A stretch of 64,000 bases of DNA from Desulfatiglandales bacterium (lineage in GTDB: Bacteria > Desulfobacterota > DSM-4660 > Desulfatiglandales > HGW-15). The notes under the pieces are model-generated. The model was not told the origin of the DNA. It did no database searches and saw nothing but the letters and a program-made list of their open reading frames with translations. Positions 58,583-64,000 of this stretch are shown here, in pieces (within the stretch, counting starts at the first letter, position 1; every line of letters starts with the position of its first letter). The DNA lies in the NCBI GenBank assembly GCA_963667015.2, contig CAXXJJ010000001.1, forward strand, positions 320,001 through 384,000, given 5' to 3'. The position numbers and the translations under genes are program-made.

Positions 58583-59932
58583 ATGACAGGTATTCAGGAC
58601 GGTATTGACAGGACAGTAAAATATATTTCACGGTCGGTTACACTAAAGATAATGGCAATAGGCATATTGATTCTGCTGCTTCTCATCCCTACGGTTATGA
58701 TCCAGAACCTTATTCGGGAGAGGCAGTTTCGGCGTGATTCGGTTATTGCAGAGATAAATCAGAAATGGGGAGGAAGTCAGACAATAACCGGACCGTTTAT
58801 TACCGTGCCATACAAGGTTTTTTACAAGGACAGGGATGGTGAGACTCAGTTTAATCTTAAATATCTCCATATACTGCCTCAGACATTGTCAATAGCGGGT
58901 GAAATAGCCCCGGAAAAACGGCATCGAAGCCTCTTTGAAACGGTTGTTTATGATGCAAATCTCAACTTAAGCGGAGATTTCAGGATTCCCCAGGCCGCCC
59001 TTCTCAATATCGAATCTGGTAATATCCTGTGGGACAAGGCAAGCCTGTCTGTCGGAATTACAGATATGAGGGGCATTGAAAACAAAATCGATATTAACTT
59101 TAATGAGGCTGTTTATAACACCAATCCCGGCCTTAAAACTGCAGACATTGCTCCGGCAGGAGTCAGTACACAGGTTGATCTCTCGACCCCGGGGGAGACA
59201 AAAGGCTTTTCATTCAATTTGAATCTAAAGGGAAGTGATGAAATAGCCTTTATTCCTGTGGGAGAATTAAATACTGTCAATATAAAGTCAAAATGGCCTT
59301 CTCCCAGCTTTGATGGGGCATTCCTGCCGGATAAATCGGAAATAAAAAAAGACGGGTTTTCTGCCGGGTGGAAGGTTCTTCATCTTAACAGAAATTATCC
59401 GCAATTCTGGGAAGGAAGTCAGTATGAGGTATGTTCATCATCATTCGGAGTAAAACTGATACTTACTGCTGACATTTATCAAAAATCCATGAGGCTTGCC
59501 AAATATGCTGTAATGTTTCTCTTTTTCACATTTGCATCCTTTTTCTTCTCCGAGATAATAAACAAACAGAAGATCCATCCGATCCAGTACATACTTATCG
59601 GTATTGCAATACTGATTTTTTACACCCTTGTGCTGTCCCTTTCAGAACATATGGGTTTTAACCTCGCATATATCCTGTCTGCAGTGTCAGTAACCCTGAT
59701 TATCTCAGGCTATGCAAAGGCAATCGTAGAAAGCAAACAGTTTGCACTTATGATAATGGGGGTGCTGGCGGTCCTCTATGGATACCTGTTTATAGTACTT
59801 CAACTGGAAGAGTACTCTCTTTTAATGGGCAGTATCGGGCTTCTGGCAATAATCGCTGTGGTAATGTTTATGACCCGAAAGATCAACTGGTACAAAATTG
59901 AGGCAGGGCGGGGAGAGAATCTTGATGTTTAA
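58583..59932 (+). CDS. creD: Inner membrane protein CreD
   Basis: LIRER..WGGSQTITGP, WPSPSFDGAFLP, KYAVMF, IHPIQY..LSLSEH. Confidence 0.93.
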   Translation: MTGIQDGIDRTVKYISRSVTLKIMAIGILILLLLIPTVMIQNLIRERQFRRDSVIAEINQKWGGSQTITGPFITVPYKVFYKDRDGETQFNLKYLHILPQTLSIAGEIAPEKRHRSLFETVVYDANLNLSGDFRIPQAALLNIESGNILWDKASLSVGITDMRGIENKIDINFNEAVYNTNPGLKTADIAPAGVSTQVDLSTPGETKGFSFNLNLKGSDEIAFIPVGELNTVNIKSKWPSPSFDGAFLPDKSEIKKDGFSAGWKVLHLNRNYPQFWEGSQYEVCSSSFGVKLILTADIYQKSMRLAKYAVMFLFFTFASFFFSEIINKQKIHPIQYILIGIAILIFYTLVLSLSEHMGFNLAYILSAVSVTLIISGYAKAIVESKQFALMIMGVLAVLYGYLFIVLQLEEYSLLMGSIGLLAIIAVVMFMTRKINWYKIEAGRGENLDV

Positions 59933-60278
59933 ATTAGACAAGAAAAAGATGATTAGATGGAAGGTCTATTTCGACAGATCCAGAATGTATATTGGTTATG
60001 CACAGTTTTTTCTTATTATTTTCGTTTTTATAAAGTCCCTCGGTAACAATTCTTTTTTTGATTATCTGTTCAAACATTCGCTGGTAACCTTGCCTGTCAT
60101 GCTATTATTGTTTCTACTTCTATCACTGGTGATTGGTTATATAGATTCCAAATTGGGTTTGCGGGAGGAAGAGCTTAGAAACTTTTCAAGGTCTAATCCT
60201 GTTTTGATGGATATTCAGAAATCATTAAAGGAACTTCGAGATCACATAGACAATCAATCTCAGGGAGGAAGTCGATGA
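59925..60278 (+). CDS. Hypothetical 2-TM protein
   Basis: Overlaps creD stop; two hydrophobic segments. Confidence 0.65.
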   Translation: MFKLDKKKMIRWKVYFDRSRMYIGYAQFFLIIFVFIKSLGNNSFFDYLFKHSLVTLPVMLLLFLLLSLVIGYIDSKLGLREEELRNFSRSNPVLMDIQKSLKELRDHIDNQSQGGSR

Positions 60279-60315
60279 GATCATTTCATGAAGAAGGCGG
60301 AGAAATAACTGAGGC

Positions 60316-60855
60316 ATGCCGACGATAATAACCCATTCTTTTACCGGTATAGCATGTGGTTCGGCAGTTTATAAAAAATCCTTGCCTCGCGGTTTCCTGC
60401 CGCTGTCGGTTATCTGTTCAGTAATTCCTGACGCGGATGTCATATGTTTTAGACTGGGTATTCCCTATTCAAGTTTCTGGGGGCATAGGGGCTTTTTTCA
60501 TTCAATATTATTTGCATGCGTCCTTGGATCTGTCGCAGGGTTTTTACTTTTGATGACAGGGAAACGAAAATGGAAGGAAGGACTGTTTTTTGCCGGGTAT
60601 TTTTCTATTGTTATGTCCCTGCACGGTGTTCTTGATGCATTTACAAACGGAGGGTTAGGCATTGCCCTTTTTTCTCCCTTTATAAAGGAACGGTATTTTT
60701 TTCCTTTTACTCCCATAGAAGTCTCTCCAATCAGCGTTCAGGCCTTCCTGGATGGAAGAGGATTTCGGATTTTACATAATGAAATACTCTGGGTCTGGAT
60801 ACCATGTATGGGATTTGCATTTCTCTTACGTGTTGTATCCAGGCTTGTTAAGTAG
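60316..60855 (+). CDS. Membrane-bound metal-dependent hydrolase (YbcI/YdjM-like)
   Basis: ITH..IPDAD..GHRGFFHS..HGVLDAFTNGGLG. Confidence 0.9.
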   Translation: MPTIITHSFTGIACGSAVYKKSLPRGFLPLSVICSVIPDADVICFRLGIPYSSFWGHRGFFHSILFACVLGSVAGFLLLMTGKRKWKEGLFFAGYFSIVMSLHGVLDAFTNGGLGIALFSPFIKERYFFPFTPIEVSPISVQAFLDGRGFRILHNEILWVWIPCMGFAFLLRVVSRLVK

Positions 60856-60931
60856 GGGCACGACGCATCGTGCCCTTATTGTCTGGAATTCTGTTAATGC
60901 CCATTTCGGGCACGGTGCGCCGTGCCCCTAC
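60852..60931. repeat. GTAG-type REP doublet (REPIN-like)
   Basis: GTAGGGGCACGACGCATCGTGCCC and inverted GGGCACGGTGCGCCGTGCCCCTAC. Confidence 0.7.
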
Positions 60932-61075
60932 ACAAACCCCGATGGGAATAAATCTTGGCCCTACTGTTTACTTTTTCGGAATAACAGAAAACGATAATTT
61001 GCGGTTATGGAATTTCCTCTGTATAATGCATTCCCGTTCGGTAAAGTAACAGAATGTAAAAAGGAGCAGTATAAA

Positions 61076-61408
61076 ATGGAAGATAATACAGACAATAATG
61101 AGCAGATAGCAATCAATGAAGTTCAGCTCATTCTGGCCGAAAAACGTACCTCTCTGTCCGTGCTCCGCACAGGTATAGCTGTCCTGGCCCTGCCGCTCTC
61201 GGTGATGAGTGTTCTTATTGCTACGTCCAAGTATTATGATATCCTCCATGTATTACATTTTTTTATTCCTCTGGCCCTGCTGAACCTTGCCCTGATCTTT
61301 TTTGGCGGCTACCTGATTATACGTTCTGTAATGCGCATGAGGCATTACGATCGTTTTATACGTGAGATAAAACTAAAACACAGCATAATCAGCCAGTTTA
61401 TTGAATGA
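61076..61408 (+). CDS. DUF202-like small membrane protein
   Basis: LAEKRTSLSVLRTGI; AAGGAG RBS. Confidence 0.75.
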   Translation: MEDNTDNNEQIAINEVQLILAEKRTSLSVLRTGIAVLALPLSVMSVLIATSKYYDILHVLHFFIPLALLNLALIFFGGYLIIRSVMRMRHYDRFIREIKLKHSIISQFIE

Positions 61409-61669
61409 GGATTCAGGTTTTATGAATCTGCAGGGTTTGACAGAAACGCCAAACAGGCGTTTGTGATTAAGAGACTGGGTTGAATTTTGCTCTACAGAAC
61501 TTTTTCGGATTTTTGGCCCAAATCCGGCATAAAAAGAAAAAAATCTTTATAAAAAATAACATTCGGGGTAAAAAATGTTGAATAAACACCCCTGAATAAT
61601 TTACCTTGTCGTACATTTCTGATATTAGATTAAAAAACAGCTCTTATGTAGAAAGGAAAAGATAATAAT

Positions 61670-64000
61670 ATGGCGGATGACGGCATAAAGAAAATTCGCA
61701 CTACCACATGGTCCGGAGGACCCGGCTGCCACGGCGGATGCGGGGTTATTGCCCATATCAAGGACAACAAACTCATTAAAATAGAAGGTGATCCGGATCA
61801 CCCGATGAACCGGGGCAGGCTTTGTTCCAGATGCCTGGCTATGACCCAGTTTGTACATCATCCCGAAAGGATTACCAAACCCATGAGACGGGTTGGCGAG
61901 AGGGGAGAAAACAAGTGGGAAGAGATCTCATGGGCCGAGGCATATGATTACATCGAAGAAAAGATGAATAAAATCAAGGCAGAATACGGCCCGGAGAGCA
62001 TGACCTTTTCCATGGGCACAGGCCGTGATGTAGGCGCCTGGATATGTATGCTTGCCTATGCCTTCGGAAGTCCTAATGTGTCATTCGCCATGAGCGGAAA
62101 CGGCTGTTACTCACCAAGGATAGCTGCAACCGAAACCGTCATCGGTGATTACTGTGTTTTTGACGGCGGACAATGGCTCCCCCAGGGTCATGATGACCCG
62201 GGATACCAGGTCCCCGAATGTATAGTAATATGGGGATATAATATCCCTGCCTCCTGTCCTGACAATATCTTTGGCCACTGGGTTACCGACCTGATGAAAA
62301 AGGGAGCCAAGCTTATTACCATAGATCCAAGGCTCAGCTTTTTTGCATCACGTTCCGAGAAATGGCTCCAGCTCAGGCCTGGCACCGACGGCGCTCTTGC
62401 AATGGGTTTTTTAAATATAGTCATCAAGGAAGAACTGTATGACAGGGATTTTGTAAAGAACTGGACAAATGCCCCGCACCTGATCAGAAAAGACAACGGA
62501 AAGCTCTTAAGGGAAAGTGATCTTGATGAAGTCGGTGCAAAGGAAAACTTTGTCGTATGGGATACAAAGGCTAATAAAACCGTTATCTGGGATTCAGGAT
62601 GCGCAGGTTATAAAGGAGATGTCGGTGAGGCAGCGCTTGAAGGTGAATTTGATATAACACTTGCCGACGGAACAGCAATAAAGGCAACCACTGTATGGAC
62701 ACAGTTCTGTGCAAGGGCGGCAGAATATCCGGTTGAAAAGGTGGCAGAGATTACCTGGCTCAAGGAAAAGGATATTATTGAGGCGGCGCATCTCTATGCA
62801 AAGAGCAAACCCGCGTCAATCCAGTGGGGTCTTGCAATCGACTCCACGCCTGCAATAACACCAACCGCAACGGCCATTGCGTCACTGTGGAGCATTATGG
62901 GCAACCTGGATGTTCCCGGCGGAAATCCAATTGCCAGGTATGCCTATAACGCGGTTGCCTACGCGCTTCCCGGTGCAAAGGGAGTAATAAGGCTGGACTC
63001 CAAGGAGATGGATAAAAAGCGTATAGGCTATGATGATTACGGCCCGTTCAGGGAGTTCATCTGGCGTACGCAGACCGACAAGATGCTCGATCAGATATTG
63101 TCCGAGGATCCCTATCCGGTTAAGGGTATGTGGCTCCAGTGCTGTAATCTTATAGGCGGTACAGGGTATGATCCTAAAAAATGGATCGAGGCGCTCAAGA
63201 AACTGGACTTTGTAGCGGTTACTGATATCTTTATGACTCCTACATGCCAGATGGCGGATATCGTACTGCCCTCTACATCTTTTCTTGAAAAGGACAGCAT
63301 TCGAAGCTGGTGGGTTCCGTTACAGACCATCAACAAGGCCATGTCAGTGGGAGAATGCAAGTCTCTTATAGAGAGTAATTTTGAGATGGCAAAGAGATTT
63401 GATCCTAATTTCAGGTGGGAAACCATATACGACCTGTTTGATGAAATACTGGCGCCTTCAGGCATGACCTTCAGGGAACTGCAGGACAATGGCGGATGGT
63501 CAATACCTCCGGATGGTAATTCCAGCGCACCATATCACCGTCATAAAAGGGGCCTTTTAAGGCAGGACAAGAATCCAGGATTTCAGACCCGGTCCGGAAA
63601 GGTAGAGCTTTATTCTACCCTGAGAGAAGAATGGGGGCATGATCCGATCCCCTGCTATGAAGAACCTCCCTTTACTCCCATCAGCAGGCCCGATCTTGCT
63701 GAAGAGTATCCCCTTATTCTTTCAACCGGAAGGCGTTCACCGGTATTTTTCCTGTCAGAGCACAGGAACATACCATGGCTGAGAGACGCAGATCCTGATC
63801 CTGTTGTAGAGATTCATCCTGATACTGCCAGGTCTCTCGGGGTAGGTGCAGGCGAATGGGTATGGGTGGAAAACTGGATGGGTAAATGTAAGCTCAAGGC
63901 AAAGGTTTCACCGATTGTTCCCAGATGGATGGTAATGGCTGCCCATGGATGGTGGTTCCCGGAAAAAGACGGCGCAGAGCCTTCACTTTACGGCATGTGG
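61670..64000 (+). CDS. Molybdopterin (DMSO reductase family) oxidoreductase, acetylene hydratase/dehydroxylase-like; runs off the window end, absent from the ORF track
   Basis: TTWSGGPGCHGGCG..EGDPDHPMNRGRLC, GNGCYSPR, RPGTDGALA, SGKVELYS, YPLILSTGRR, HGWWFPE. Confidence 0.9.
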   Translation, partial: MADDGIKKIRTTTWSGGPGCHGGCGVIAHIKDNKLIKIEGDPDHPMNRGRLCSRCLAMTQFVHHPERITKPMRRVGERGENKWEEISWAEAYDYIEEKMNKIKAEYGPESMTFSMGTGRDVGAWICMLAYAFGSPNVSFAMSGNGCYSPRIAATETVIGDYCVFDGGQWLPQGHDDPGYQVPECIVIWGYNIPASCPDNIFGHWVTDLMKKGAKLITIDPRLSFFASRSEKWLQLRPGTDGALAMGFLNIVIKEELYDRDFVKNWTNAPHLIRKDNGKLLRESDLDEVGAKENFVVWDTKANKTVIWDSGCAGYKGDVGEAALEGEFDITLADGTAIKATTVWTQFCARAAEYPVEKVAEITWLKEKDIIEAAHLYAKSKPASIQWGLAIDSTPAITPTATAIASLWSIMGNLDVPGGNPIARYAYNAVAYALPGAKGVIRLDSKEMDKKRIGYDDYGPFREFIWRTQTDKMLDQILSEDPYPVKGMWLQCCNLIGGTGYDPKKWIEALKKLDFVAVTDIFMTPTCQMADIVLPSTSFLEKDSIRSWWVPLQTINKAMSVGECKSLIESNFEMAKRFDPNFRWETIYDLFDEILAPSGMTFRELQDNGGWSIPPDGNSSAPYHRHKRGLLRQDKNPGFQTRSGKVELYSTLREEWGHDPIPCYEEPPFTPISRPDLAEEYPLILSTGRRSPVFFLSEHRNIPWLRDADPDPVVEIHPDTARSLGVGAGEWVWVENWMGKCKLKAKVSPIVPRWMVMAAHGWWFPEKDGAEPSLYGMW

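Noticed and set aside
1..64000. tRNA or rRNA genes
   Set aside because: None recognised by eye; tRNAscan or barrnap would be needed to exclude them

Overview
Bacterial chromosomal window; gene content (sigma54 regulation, DUF3373, Psr/Phs-type reductase, DsrE-like proteins) suggests a Desulfobacterota-like anaerobe (inference). Layout: (1) 1-9 kb accessory block: Ycf46-like AAA ATPase, small radical SAM, FGE-sulfatase/CLec protein with a DGR-like variable C-terminus, HEAT-repeat protein, PadR plus a chimeric FliF-domain membrane protein. (2) 9.6-33 kb mostly housekeeping (DinG, larE, HU, pyrE, pyrG, der, two motB, rlmN, thyA, Kef). (3) 33-43 kb sigma54-controlled sulfur-oxyanion respiration operon with a likely selenocysteine rhodanese and a structured intergenic RNA. 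(4) 44.2-53.4 kb integron cassette array: attI-like site, Pc-like promoter, 10 attC sites, no integrase in the window, several defence-like cassettes, and an ORF-less cassette with a MITE. The top finding is a non-IIC group II intron inserted in sense orientation inside a GTTRRRY core site, whose predicted EBS1 loop is complementary to that core. (5) 53-64 kb mixed genes, gene stubs and a partial molybdopterin oxidoreductase. All family calls are by motif recognition; no searches were run.
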